Positions 10,343-20,300 are shown, counted from the stretch's first letter. The stretch: DNA of 64,000 nucleotides from an uncultured bacterium (GCA_937958885.1 CALGMT010000013.1:14314-78313); one strand, 5' to 3'. The notes: generated from the sequence alone by a model not told the origin. Translations and numbers: made by a program.

Positions 10343-11104
10343 ATGGATGCCCCAACCAAGGGCTATCGCGGATTCACGCTGATCGAGCTGCTGGTGGTCA
10401 TTGCGATCATCAGCGTGCTCGCGGCGTTAATCTTTCCGACCGTCGGCGCTGCGCTGGCGCGCGGACGCGCGACCTCCAGTCTGTCGAATTTGCGCCAGTG
10501 GGGCATGGCGATTCACCTTGCGCTGGCGGATCGGGACGACCAGCTCCTGCCGTGGGATGGACCCGACAACGTGTCGGGCGCTATGACCAACATGACGTGG
10601 TGGGCCAACATGCTGCCTCCGTATGTCGGCCAAAAGACGTATCTCGACATCAACAAGGATTCGATGGGCCAGAAAGTGCCGCTCCCGCCTGAGAAAAGCA
10701 TTTTCATCGATTCCTACGCCAAGCGTCCCGCCAACGCCCCGCACAAATCGGGACAATTCTCGTTCTTCTTTTGCTATGTCATCAACTCCAAGTTGAACCA
10801 ATCGCTACCGCCCGGCCAGCGCGTATGGATCGGCAGCATCCCGCGTCCGTCCCAAACGGCGGTCATGGTCGAGATGCGTACTGTTCCCGAAGAGCTGCCC
10901 GCCGGCGACCCGCACCGCAGCGCATCGCTCGATCGGGCGAAGGCCGATTGGCAGCGTTTCGCTGCGCGCCATCGCAACGGCGGTCATATTGCGATGGCCG
11001 ACGGCTCCGCGCGCCACTTTGAAAACAAGTATGTCACGACCCCCGTGGGCGGAAACTACAACAAGGACGACATCGTCTGGAACCCGCTCGGAACAGCCAA
11101 TTAA
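10343..11104 (+). CDS. Prepilin-type N-terminal cleavage/methylation protein with H-X9-DG motif
   Basis: RG|[22 protein letters not shown]; SNLRQWG; [13 protein letters not shown]. Confidence 0.92.
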   Translation: MDAPTKGYRGFTLIELLVVIAIISVLAALIFPTVGAALARGRATSSLSNLRQWGMAIHLALADRDDQLLPWDGPDNVSGAMTNMTWWANMLPPYVGQKTYLDINKDSMGQKVPLPPEKSIFIDSYAKRPANAPHKSGQFSFFFCYVINSKLNQSLPPGQRVWIGSIPRPSQTAVMVEMRTVPEELPAGDPHRSASLDRAKADWQRFAARHRNGGHIAMADGSARHFENKYVTTPVGGNYNKDDIVWNPLGTAN

Positions 11105-11119
11105 CAAGGAGCTCCCGCT

Positions 11120-13525
11120 ATGAAACGCCTCGCCCTCATCCTCGCCCTTTCAATGGTCGGCCTGTCGGCCCGTTCCGCGACGATTACCGAGTGGAATTTT
11201 GATGCCACGAACCTGGTTGCCAACATTGGAAGCGGAACTGCGACGAATATCGGCGGGACTTCGACGGCCTTCGCGTCCGGCAATCCGGGGCAGGGCTGGA
11301 ACACGTCATCGTATCAACCGCAGTTCACCAACTCCGGAACGGCCGGCGTCGTGTTCTATGTGAGCACCGTGGGCTTTTCAAATATTGCCGTTCGCTTCGA
11401 CCACCGCGCCTCGGGCACCGCGTCGCGCTGGGCCCGATTGGAATACACGACGGACGGCGGCGGAACCTGGGTACCGTTCTGGACCAATAACGGCGCCCTC
11501 TCGCCGCACGACACCTTCGTGAGTTTCACCAATATTTCGTTCGCCGCCGTGCCATCGGTGAATGACAATAGCGAATTCGGGTTCCGCATCGTTTCCATCT
11601 TCTCGCCGGTCCCGTTCACCGATGAGTTCGCGGGCAGCCAGCCGGCGGATACCGCATATCACCGCGCGCGGGTCAGCGGCGGCTCCACATATGGAACAGC
11701 CGGCACTTGGCGCTTCGACAACGTGCGGATCACGGGCGATGCGATTTCCTCCGGTCCCTCCCTCTACGCCACCAACAGCGCAGTTCTCATCAACGAGGTG
11801 CTCGCCAATCCGATCGGCACCGACGACTCGCGCGAATATATCGAACTCATCGGCCCGCCCGGCGCGTCGCTCAATGGGTTGACGATTCTCGAGGTTAGCG
11901 GCAACGGCACCAACATCGGGAAAGTCTTCCTGGCGCGCGATCTCACCGGCGCGTCGCTCGGCGCGAACGGCCTGCTGCTGATCGGAGAAAACTACCAAAG
12001 CTTCTGGCCCGCCTGGACTTCTGTGCCGCCGGCGACCGCGCTGCTCGATATGAACCACCCGCGCGGCCGGATCGACAATGACACGACGACCTTCCTGCTG
12101 GTCACCAACTTCACCGGCGCCGCATTCGATGACCTCGATACGAACGACGACGGCACGTTCGACACGACGCCGTTCGACCTGATCCTCGACAGCGTCGGCT
12201 GGCTCGACGGTTCTACGGGCGATCGCGTCTATTCGCCCGCGTCACTGACGCAGTCCTCCGGCACGCCGGATGCCGCGACCCGCATCCCGACCAACGGCGC
12301 GCCGAACGCGCTCGCCGCCTGGTACAACGGCGACCTGATGACCAATGTTATGGACACCGCCGGCATCACCTACAATCCATTCAAAGCGTCCGTCCTTCCG
12401 CTGGGCGCAAAGTTGACGCCCGGCGAAACCAATCACTGGAGCACCGCAAGGCAGCCGCCGCTCATCGCGCCGCTGGCCGATCGCGTGGTCAAACTCAGCA
12501 ATACCGTGGTCGTTTCCGTCAATGCGCTGGCGACGGACGGCGATCCTGTCACGCTCGCGCTACAAAGCGGGCCGTCGGGCGCATCGTTCGGCTCGACTGG
12601 AACCGTCGGCGCGATGACGTGGTTCGCGGCTCCGACCGGCGTGTACACCGCCGTCTTCACGGCGACGGACGTCGATGGCGTTTCGACCGCCTCCATGCAG
12701 ATCATTGTGCAGACCGCCGCGGTCGCCACGATTCGCATCACGGAGGCTATGTCCAAGAGCCAGCATCCGGCGAATCGCGATTGGTTCGAGATCTACAACT
12801 ACGGCAATGAGCCGGTCGATCTAACCGACCTCTCGTGGGACGACGACAGCAACCTCCCCGGCAGTGCGCACTTCAATGGCTATATAATTCCGCCGGGCGG
12901 CACCTACGTGATTTCCGCGCGCCTGGTGGGTACGGAGGACATCTTCCGCCAGGAGTGGGGACTTCCCGCCACGGCGGCGGTGTGGTGCGCCGGCAGCGCC
13001 GTGTTTCAAAACTTCAGCTCCGCAGGCGACATGATTTACATCTACGACGCCTACGGCCTCGAAATCACCAGCGTCGTAATTCCTCCGGCGACAGTCGGCT
13101 TCTCCTTCGAATGGGCGGGCGACGGGTCCAGCCTCGGCTTGAGCGTCGCCGGCGAAAACGGCGCGTATGTCGCGCCCGACGACGGCACGGGCAACCCCGG
13201 CATCGATGTCGCGTCGCCGGGTTTCGCATTGCCGGCGCATCCGACCAACGACAGCGACGGCGACGGCATGACCGATCTGGAAGAGTGGATCGCCGGCACC
13301 GATCCCAACGATCCGAACGATTACTTCCGTTGGTACGGCGTCGGCGGCGTCCCCTCCGTCGGCTTGGTCAGCGGCCGCTGGTATGAAGTCCAGAGTACGA
13401 CGAATCTTCCGTCCGGCGCGTGGAATACCGTGACCAATTTCATCGCGCCGTCTAATCTCCTGTGGCAATCGGTCGGCGGGACGAACAACCTGGAAATGCT
13501 ACGTATTCGCGTCTCCCGGCCGTAA
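11120..13525 (+). CDS. Large secreted multidomain protein: N-terminal domain paralogous to the PEP-CTERM protein, two lamin-tail-like domains, Ig/cadherin-like segment, Asp-rich Ca-binding motifs
   Basis: AAGGAG RBS, signal peptide; VLINEVLANP..EYIEL and IRITEAM..DWFEIYN.G.EPVDL; DDLDTNDDG; DSDGDGMTDLEEWIAGTDP; YEVQSTTNL...W..RIRV C-terminus. Confidence 0.8.
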   Translation: MKRLALILALSMVGLSARSATITEWNFDATNLVANIGSGTATNIGGTSTAFASGNPGQGWNTSSYQPQFTNSGTAGVVFYVSTVGFSNIAVRFDHRASGTASRWARLEYTTDGGGTWVPFWTNNGALSPHDTFVSFTNISFAAVPSVNDNSEFGFRIVSIFSPVPFTDEFAGSQPADTAYHRARVSGGSTYGTAGTWRFDNVRITGDAISSGPSLYATNSAVLINEVLANPIGTDDSREYIELIGPPGASLNGLTILEVSGNGTNIGKVFLARDLTGASLGANGLLLIGENYQSFWPAWTSVPPATALLDMNHPRGRIDNDTTTFLLVTNFTGAAFDDLDTNDDGTFDTTPFDLILDSVGWLDGSTGDRVYSPASLTQSSGTPDAATRIPTNGAPNALAAWYNGDLMTNVMDTAGITYNPFKASVLPLGAKLTPGETNHWSTARQPPLIAPLADRVVKLSNTVVVSVNALATDGDPVTLALQSGPSGASFGSTGTVGAMTWFAAPTGVYTAVFTATDVDGVSTASMQIIVQTAAVATIRITEAMSKSQHPANRDWFEIYNYGNEPVDLTDLSWDDDSNLPGSAHFNGYIIPPGGTYVISARLVGTEDIFRQEWGLPATAAVWCAGSAVFQNFSSAGDMIYIYDAYGLEITSVVIPPATVGFSFEWAGDGSSLGLSVAGENGAYVAPDDGTGNPGIDVASPGFALPAHPTNDSDGDGMTDLEEWIAGTDPNDPNDYFRWYGVGGVPSVGLVSGRWYEVQSTTNLPSGAWNTVTNFIAPSNLLWQSVGGTNNLEMLRIRVSRP

Positions 13526-13532
13526 CGTCGGG

Positions 13533-14576
13533 ATGGCGAGTTTTCTTCAGATCGACGAGGCCGCGGTTTCGTTCGGCGCAACGCCCGTGTTGCGCGGCGT
13601 CACGGTCTCGCTCGATCAGGGGAAATGCCTCGTCTTGCTCGGCCCGTCCGGCTGCGGCAAAACGACCTTGCTGAATGTCGTGGCCGGGCTCTGCGCGCTC
13701 GATAACGGCAAATGCGTCTGCGAGGGGACCACGCTCGACGACCCGGCCGCGCGTATCTTCGTACCGCTGCGCGAGCGCGGGTTCGCGACGGTGTTTCAGG
13801 ATTTCAGCCTCTGGCCCCACATGACCGTCGCGGAGAACGTGGCCTTCGGGTTGCGCGTCCGCGGCGTGTCCGCGGCCGAATGCGCGCGACGCGTAGCGGC
13901 GGCGCTGGAGAAAGTCCGGATGTCGGCATTTGCCGACCGATACCCCGCGTCGCTATCCGGCGGCCAACAACAGCGCGTGTCCATCGCGCGCGCGCTGGTC
14001 GTGCAGCCGCGCATTTTGCTGCTCGATGAACCGCTGAGCGCGCTCGACGCGCGCTTGCGCGAGGAGCTGCGCGTCGAGCTGTCGCGCCTGTTGCGAGAAG
14101 AGGGGCAGACCGCGATTTACGTCACCCACGACCAGGCCGAGGCCTTCGCGCTGGGCGACATCGTAGCCGTGATGCGCGAAGGCCGCATCGAACAGATGGA
14201 CGCGCCGGAGGCGCTCTACCGCGCGCCGCGCACGCGCTTTGTCGCCGAATTCATCGGATCCGCAAATGTATTTTCGTTTGAGCAGCGGAACGGCGCGGTA
14301 CTCCTCGGCGGACGCCTGCAAATCCCCGCGCGCGCCGATTGGCCCGCGCGCGGGCGCTGCTTCGTGCGCCGCGAGGGCGTGCGTATCGTCCCGAACCCGG
14401 AGGGTGTGGCCACGTGCATAAATCGCCAATTTCTCGGCGGGCACATCGAGGCCGCTGCGGGTTGGCCGGACGAACTTGTCATCGTTGGGGAAGCGGAAGG
14501 TCCGGTCGCGCCCGGCGCGCGGGTGAGCATCGATATCGATCCCGCGTGCGCCGGTTTGCTCGCGGAGGATGCGTGA
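13533..14576 (+). CDS. ABC transporter ATP-binding protein (FbpC/PotA-like)
   Basis: GPSGCGKT, LSGGQQQR, LLLDEP, YVTHDQ.EA. Confidence 0.95.
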   Translation: MASFLQIDEAAVSFGATPVLRGVTVSLDQGKCLVLLGPSGCGKTTLLNVVAGLCALDNGKCVCEGTTLDDPAARIFVPLRERGFATVFQDFSLWPHMTVAENVAFGLRVRGVSAAECARRVAAALEKVRMSAFADRYPASLSGGQQQRVSIARALVVQPRILLLDEPLSALDARLREELRVELSRLLREEGQTAIYVTHDQAEAFALGDIVAVMREGRIEQMDAPEALYRAPRTRFVAEFIGSANVFSFEQRNGAVLLGGRLQIPARADWPARGRCFVRREGVRIVPNPEGVATCINRQFLGGHIEAAAGWPDELVIVGEAEGPVAPGARVSIDIDPACAGLLAEDA

Positions 14577-15604
14577 GCCGCGCGCTGCTGACGCTTGCGC
14601 TCGCGCTGGGGGCCGCGCTGTCCGGCTGCGCCCCGCGCGATGACGCAGAAAGCGGCCGCCTGGTCGTGTACTCCGCCGGTCCTCGCCCGCTTGCCGAAGC
14701 GGTCTGCGCGTCATTCACCGAAGCGACCGGCGTGCCGGTCGATCTCTTCCAAGCCACGACCGGCCAGCTCATGGCGCGGCTCGAGGCGGAAAAATATCGG
14801 CCGCGCGCCGATGTCGTCCTCTTCGCGAGCGAGGTGGCCGCGGCCGCGCTCAAGCAGCAGAACCGCCTGCTCCGCCATCGCCCCGAAGCCGCGTCGGCGC
14901 TGCGGGACGGGTGGTCCGATCCGGACGAAACCTATTGGGCGTCCGGCGCGGCGCTCGTCGGCGTCGCGCTGCGCCGCGAGTTCGAATCCCGCGCGCCGAC
15001 GCGCTGGTCCGACTGGTTTGCCCTCTCCGACGCGCGCCGCGTGGTGATGCCGTCGCCCTCGCGGTCCGGCGCGACGGGCGACTTCCTCGTCGGTCTCGCG
15101 CTGGAATTGGGCGCGCCGGTGTTTCCCGGGTTCGCGCGCCTCCGCCTCGCCGGCATGGACTTCGCCGCGGCCAACAGCCAGGCGCTCGGCGGGCTCCAGA
15201 TGGGCGTGTATGACGCGCTGATCGGCGCCGTGGATTATCTGATATATCAACAGATCGCGCGCGGCGAGGAGCTGGTCATGCAGTATCCGGAAGAAGGCGC
15301 CGTGCTCGTCGTGCGTCCGATCGCGATCCTCGCCGGTACGCCGCGGCCTGACGCCGCGCGCGCGTTTGTCGATTTTTACTTGAGCCCTGCGGTCCAGGCG
15401 CGCGTCGCGAACGCGCATCTCGCGCCCGCGCGCGCCGATGTGCCGACAAGCGCGCTGCGCGGCGAGCAGTGGCCGCGCGTATTGCGCGCCGACCCCGCGC
15501 TGGCGGTGCAGCGGCAGACGCAGTTGTTGCGGCGGTTCCAACTCGAGATCGAACGCGCGGTCACGCCGCGCGCGCTAAAGCGCGCGGCGGGGGAGGGCGC
15601 ATGA
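14573..15604 (+). CDS. ABC transporter substrate-binding lipoprotein (AfuA/FbpA-like)
   Basis: GTG overlaps the ATPase stop; lipobox LSGC; LVVYSAG, PRADV, MPSPSRSGA, YPEEG. Confidence 0.88.
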   Translation: MSRALLTLALALGAALSGCAPRDDAESGRLVVYSAGPRPLAEAVCASFTEATGVPVDLFQATTGQLMARLEAEKYRPRADVVLFASEVAAAALKQQNRLLRHRPEAASALRDGWSDPDETYWASGAALVGVALRREFESRAPTRWSDWFALSDARRVVMPSPSRSGATGDFLVGLALELGAPVFPGFARLRLAGMDFAAANSQALGGLQMGVYDALIGAVDYLIYQQIARGEELVMQYPEEGAVLVVRPIAILAGTPRPDAARAFVDFYLSPAVQARVANAHLAPARADVPTSALRGEQWPRVLRADPALAVQRQTQLLRRFQLEIERAVTPRALKRAAGEGA

Positions 15605-17292
15605 CCCGGCGCGAGGCGCGATCTGCCGGCGGAGGCCCCGGCGCGCCGAGCGTTATGCTGGCGCTCGCGTTTCTTGCAGTCGCGTGCGCATACCCGCTGA
15701 TCCTGCTGTTTGCGCAAAGCGTATTCCCCAATGTGCTCGGCGGCGATTGGAGCGGATTTCTTGCGCCCTATCGCCGACTGATCGCGACGCCGGATCTCGC
15801 GCAAATGCTCGGCAACTCGCTCGCGTGGGCCGGCGCGACCACGTTGGTCTCGTGGCTGTTCGGCATCCCGTGCGGCTTCATCCTCGCGCGTTGCGACCTG
15901 CCCGGCAAAGGATTCGCCCGCCTGACGATGCTCGCGCCGGTGATGACTCCGCCGTATATCGCGGCGCTGTCCTACATCACGATTTTGCAACCCGGCGGCT
16001 TCGGCGATGCGTTGGTCGGCGTGCCGGAGTTCGTGCGCGAGTGGTTTTTCTCGTTTCACGGCGTGACGCTCGTGATGGCGCTCGCCTCGTTCGGCTACGT
16101 CGCGCTCGGCATCGAGGCTGCGCTGCTGCGCTTGCCGAATCGCCTCGAAGACGCTGCGCTGCAACTCGGCGCCACGCGCGCGCGTTTGTGGCGCGCGGTG
16201 CTGATTCCGCTGTTGCTGCCGGCGATCCTCAACACCGGGCTGTTGGTCTTTCTGGATGCGCTCTCCAATTTCGGCGTGCCCGCCGTGCTCGGCACGCGCG
16301 CGAACCTCGCGCTGTTGCCGGCCGAAATTTACAACCTGTTGACTAGCTGGCCGATCGATTTGCCCGCCGCGACCGCGCTTTCGACGCTGCTCTGTGTCTT
16401 CGCACTCGTGTCGATGCAAGTCAGCGCGCGGCTGACTCGCAAAGGCATCGCCGCGGGCGGCCGCGCTGCGGGCACGCGGCTGATTCCGCTGACCGCGCCG
16501 CGCGCGGTTCTCGCGTGGCTGTGGATCGGCGGATTGTTCGTGTTGAGCACGCTGCTGCCGTTTGCGGCGATGATCGCGATGAGCTTCGTCGAGCGCTGGG
16601 CCGACGGCGCGCCGGTGTGGACCGCGCGCCACTACGCCGCGCTCTTCGCGCCCGGCTCCGGCGGGCGCGCGGCGCTGTTCACCAGCCTTGGCCTCGCGGT
16701 CGCCGCGGCGACGATCTGCGCCGGGGCGGGCGGCTTCATCGCGTATGTCGCCGCGCGCGCTGCGCCCGCCGCGCGCCGCGCGATCGAGGCGCTCGCGGTG
16801 CTCCCGCGCGCGCTGCCGAAGATCGTAATGGCGGTCGGCCTGATCCTCGCATGGAACGCGCCGTGGGTGCATGTCCAGGTATATGGGACCGTTTGGATGC
16901 TGTTGTTGGCCTACGTGGTCTGCTACATCTCCGACGCGCTCGCGTATGCCGGATCCGCGCTGCGCCGGATGAACGCGCGGCTGGAAATCGCCGCCGCGCA
17001 GCTCGGCGCGGGGCGTGCGGCGGTGTTCAGTCGCGTCGTCGCCCCGCAGCTCGGACCGGCGCTCGCGGCGGCGTGGCTGACGACCTTCATCGTGTGCGTG
17101 CGCGAGTTGGTCTGCTCGCTGTTGCTGCTGCCGCCCGGTGTGGAGACGACTGCGACATTTATTTTCAACCAATTTGAGCAAGGCGAGCTTGCCGCTGCGA
17201 TGGCGATGGCGACTGTGACCATCGGCGCGACGACGGTCGTCTTGCTGGCGCTGCAACAAACCCCGTTATTCAAATCAAAGGAGACCGCATGA
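15601..17292 (+). CDS. ABC transporter permease, duplicated domain (FbpB/AfuB-like)
   Basis: Two EAA loops (LEDAALQLGA, LEIAAAQLGA); ATGA overlap with the binding-protein gene. Confidence 0.93.
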   Translation: MTRREARSAGGGPGAPSVMLALAFLAVACAYPLILLFAQSVFPNVLGGDWSGFLAPYRRLIATPDLAQMLGNSLAWAGATTLVSWLFGIPCGFILARCDLPGKGFARLTMLAPVMTPPYIAALSYITILQPGGFGDALVGVPEFVREWFFSFHGVTLVMALASFGYVALGIEAALLRLPNRLEDAALQLGATRARLWRAVLIPLLLPAILNTGLLVFLDALSNFGVPAVLGTRANLALLPAEIYNLLTSWPIDLPAATALSTLLCVFALVSMQVSARLTRKGIAAGGRAAGTRLIPLTAPRAVLAWLWIGGLFVLSTLLPFAAMIAMSFVERWADGAPVWTARHYAALFAPGSGGRAALFTSLGLAVAAATICAGAGGFIAYVAARAAPAARRAIEALAVLPRALPKIVMAVGLILAWNAPWVHVQVYGTVWMLLLAYVVCYISDALAYAGSALRRMNARLEIAAAQLGAGRAAVFSRVVAPQLGPALAAAWLTTFIVCVRELVCSLLLLPPGVETTATFIFNQFEQGELAAAMAMATVTIGATTVVLLALQQTPLFKSKETA

Positions 17293-18620
17293 AAAAAGTT
17301 TTTACAGAGCATGGAAGTTTTAAAAAAAGTTTTTACAGAGCATGGAAATTTCTCGCCGCCGCGTGGCTGCTTCTCGGCGTGTGGAGCGCGGGCGCGGCGG
17401 AGATCTTCTTCAGCTTCCGCGCCGGCGAGGGCGGGGGACTGGGTCGCATCGAACTCGAAGATGCGACCGGCGCGTTAATCGCGCAGGAGGCGGTGTACAC
17501 GGCGCCGACGGCGCGCGAGGCGTACAAGGTGGCGCAGTCGCCCGAGGGCTACGCCGCGATGTCGATCAATGCGGAGGGGCCGGACAACCTGGTGATCCGC
17601 GCACCGGACGGACGCGTGCGCGCGCTGACCATTCCGGACAAACTCGATGAAATCCGCATCGAAGGCCGTCGCGCGGTCGTGGGCGGCGAGGAGGGCGGCG
17701 TATTTCTCGTGGATCTGGAGAAGGCGGAGATTGCGCGAACGTGGAGTCTGAAGGACGCGCTGAACCCGCCGGGGCGTCGGCCGGAGGACATCCGCATGGA
17801 AACGGGCGGACGCCGCGCGTGGGTGTCGCTGCAGAAGGACAACAAGAGCGGCAAGCGCGAGGGGAATCGCGTGGTCTATCTCGATTTGGAGAGCGGGAAC
17901 GTGCTGGCTGATTTGCGGCTGCCGCGCGATCGCGAATCGCTGCACTACGGGCGCGAGGGTGATTTCCGCCAGCGCGGGCCGGGGCCGGAGATCGTGATGC
18001 CGGTCGATTCGGCGAATACGCTGCTCGTCACGCTCGATTTGTACGGCGCAATCGGGTTTGCCGATCTTGCGGCCGCGCGCGCAGGGAAGTTGTCGAGCTG
18101 GTCCGTCCAATCGACCGCGCTGGATGAATCGTGGGGCACGGCGTTTCCCGATCGACTGGTTCCCTTTCGCGCGGGCGATCGCGATTTTGCGTTGGTGGTG
18201 AACGCCGGTGCGGCGGGCGGGGCGGCGGTGGTGGATGTGCAAAAGCGCTTGATTGCGCAGCGGATTCCCGCGCCGCATGGATTGTCCACGCCGGCGTTCA
18301 TTCCCGCCGCGCGCGCGATCGCAACAGCGAGCGGAGGCAAGCTGAAGGAGCGCGGATCGGAAGATGTCGAGAAGACCTATCAGCCGCGTTCAGAGGTCGT
18401 GGTGTTCGACGTGTCCGCCGACGGCGGGCCGCTGGCGATGCGGACGATTTCGACAGATGCACCGACTCATGCGCTGCGCGCGCTCGCGCCGGAGAAGAAC
18501 GCCCTCGTGTTGGTCAGCGCCGGGGAACAGGCGGATGGGTGGCTCGTGGTGGATATCGCGGAATCGCGCATCGCGCATCGCTTCGATGCGATCGGCCGCG
18601 TGATACGGATCGCGCCGTGA
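17289..18620 (+). CDS. Secreted hypothetical protein, probable beta-propeller
   Basis: ATGA overlap with the permease; signal peptide (LAAAWLLLGVWSAGA); repeated beta-blade-like segments (VFLVDLE, VVYLDLE, AVVDVQ, LVVDIA). Confidence 0.65.
   Translation: MKKVFTEHGSFKKSFYRAWKFLAAAWLLLGVWSAGAAEIFFSFRAGEGGGLGRIELEDATGALIAQEAVYTAPTAREAYKVAQSPEGYAAMSINAEGPDNLVIRAPDGRVRALTIPDKLDEIRIEGRRAVVGGEEGGVFLVDLEKAEIARTWSLKDALNPPGRRPEDIRMETGGRRAWVSLQKDNKSGKREGNRVVYLDLESGNVLADLRLPRDRESLHYGREGDFRQRGPGPEIVMPVDSANTLLVTLDLYGAIGFADLAAARAGKLSSWSVQSTALDESWGTAFPDRLVPFRAGDRDFALVVNAGAAGGAAVVDVQKRLIAQRIPAPHGLSTPAFIPAARAIATASGGKLKERGSEDVEKTYQPRSEVVVFDVSADGGPLAMRTISTDAPTHALRALAPEKNALVLVSAGEQADGWLVVDIAESRIAHRFDAIGRVIRIAP
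17292..17350 (+). repeat. 31-bp-period doublet of TTTTTACAGAGCATGGAA (locus 1)
   Basis: Cores at 17299-17316 and 17330-17347, read directly. Confidence 0.95.
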
Positions 18621-18642
18621 CGCGCGCGCCGCGCGAAATAGA

Positions 18643-19536
18643 TCAGCGCCAGAGGAAGAGCGCCAGCACCGTCGCGCCGTAGAGCGCGAGGTTGATCAAT
18701 AGCGGAGGGTCAGTGAGCAGCAACTGCTCGGGACGTCCGCCTTCTTCGCGCCGATACACGAGGTCGAGATAGCGGAACAGGCCAAAGACGACGAAGGGGA
18801 TCGTGAAGCCGAGTTTGTGCGAGCCGAATTTCGCGACTGTGTCCGGCCAGAGTGTGTACAGGCTGTAGGCCAGCAGCGTCGCCGCGGCGATCATCGGGAT
18901 CAGCACATCGAGCAGACGCTGGTCGTATCCGCGGAGGCTCGGACGCGACGCGCCGTCGGCGATGCCGAGCGCGACGAGTTCGTGCCGGCGTTTGCAGAGG
19001 GCGAGAAAAAGCGCGAGCAGCAGGGTGCACAGCAGCAGCCAGGGCGAGATGGCGACATGAATCACGACCGCGCCTGCCAGTGCGCGCAGGACGAAGCCGA
19101 TTGCGATAACAAGAATGTCCACCAGCGCGACGCGCTTCAGCGCGAGAGAATACAACGCTTGCAGCAGCACGTAGCCGGTGACGACGCCCGCGAATGCGCG
19201 ATCGAGGGCGAACGCGAGCGCAAGGCCGCCTGTCAACAGGACACCCGCCATCATCGCGCCTATGCGCGTCGATAGCGCGCCGGACGCAAAGGGGCGGAGG
19301 CGTTTGACGGGATGCGCGCGGTCGAGTTCGAGATCGCGAAGATCGTTCAAAATGTAGATTCCGCTCGAAACAAGGCAAAAAATGCCCGCGGCGGCGAACG
19401 CGGCGAGCGCGGAGGCCGCGTTCACCTGTTGCGCCGGATCGCCGAGCGCGAAGATCAGGGGCGCGAGGACGACCGCATTCTTGATCCACTGCTTCGGGCG
19501 CAGCGCGCGGAGCCCGCTGGCGAGCGCCGCGCTCAT
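18643..19536 (-). CDS. Decaprenyl-phosphate phosphoribosyltransferase (UbiA prenyltransferase family)
   Basis: LRPKQWIKN, YILNDLRD...DRAHP.KR.RP.ASG, KRRHEL. Confidence 0.9.
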   Translation of the reverse strand: MSAALASGLRALRPKQWIKNAVVLAPLIFALGDPAQQVNAASALAAFAAAGIFCLVSSGIYILNDLRDLELDRAHPVKRLRPFASGALSTRIGAMMAGVLLTGGLALAFALDRAFAGVVTGYVLLQALYSLALKRVALVDILVIAIGFVLRALAGAVVIHVAISPWLLLCTLLLALFLALCKRRHELVALGIADGASRPSLRGYDQRLLDVLIPMIAAATLLAYSLYTLWPDTVAKFGSHKLGFTIPFVVFGLFRYLDLVYRREEGGRPEQLLLTDPPLLINLALYGATVLALFLWR

Positions 19537-20300
19537 GCGGGAGACAGATGGGCCGCAACGCTGCGCGGGTGAGGATCACGCGGCGGCGAGCGGCGGAGTC
19601 TGCTGCGCAGCAGAAGTTTCCAGACCATCCACAGCGCCTCCTTGACGATTGCGCCGCTCATTTTCGACGCGCCCGATCGCCGCTCCTCAAACGTGATCGG
19701 CACTTCGGCGATGCGGAAGCCGTGCATCCACGCGTGATGCGTCATCTCGATCTGGAACGAGTAGCCGTTGGATTTGATCGCATCGAGATTGATGGTTTCC
19801 AGGACGGCGCGCCGGAAACATTTGAACCCGCCGGTGGGATCGGTGAACGGCATGCCGGAAATAATGTTCACATACACGGCGGCGCCTTTGCTTAAGATCA
19901 ACCGGCCCAGCGGCCAGTTAATGACGCGGATGCCGCCTTTGTAGCGCGTGCCGAGCACGAGGTCGGCCTGTTGGGCGGCGTCGCGAAACTTGGGAATGTC
20001 AGCGGGGTTGTGCGAGAAATCGCAGTCCATCTCGCCAATGAATTCATAGTTCCGGGCCAGCGCCCACTTGAAGCCGGCAATATAGGCTCGGCCGAGGCCC
20101 TGTTTTTGCTCGCGGTGCAGCACGTGGATGCGCGGGTCGGCCTCCGCCATGCGATCCAGCAATCGGCCGGTGCCGTCGGGCGAATTATCGTCCACAAACA
20201 GGATGTCAGCCCACGGCGCGTGCTGATGCACCGCGAGCGCCAGTTCCCGAACGTTTTCGATCTCGTTGTATGTGGGGACGATGACCAGGTAATCGTTCAT
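19533..20300 (-). CDS. Polyprenol monophosphomannose synthase (Ppm1/DPM1-like GT2)
   Basis: VPTYNE, VDDNSPDGTG, GLGRAY..GF, MDCDFSH.P, SNGYSFQIE, G.SKMS. Confidence 0.92.
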   Translation of the reverse strand: MNDYLVIVPTYNEIENVRELALAVHQHAPWADILFVDDNSPDGTGRLLDRMAEADPRIHVLHREQKQGLGRAYIAGFKWALARNYEFIGEMDCDFSHNPADIPKFRDAAQQADLVLGTRYKGGIRVINWPLGRLILSKGAAVYVNIISGMPFTDPTGGFKCFRRAVLETINLDAIKSNGYSFQIEMTHHAWMHGFRIAEVPITFEERRSGASKMSGAIVKEALWMVWKLLLRSRLRRSPPRDPHPRSVAAHLSPA

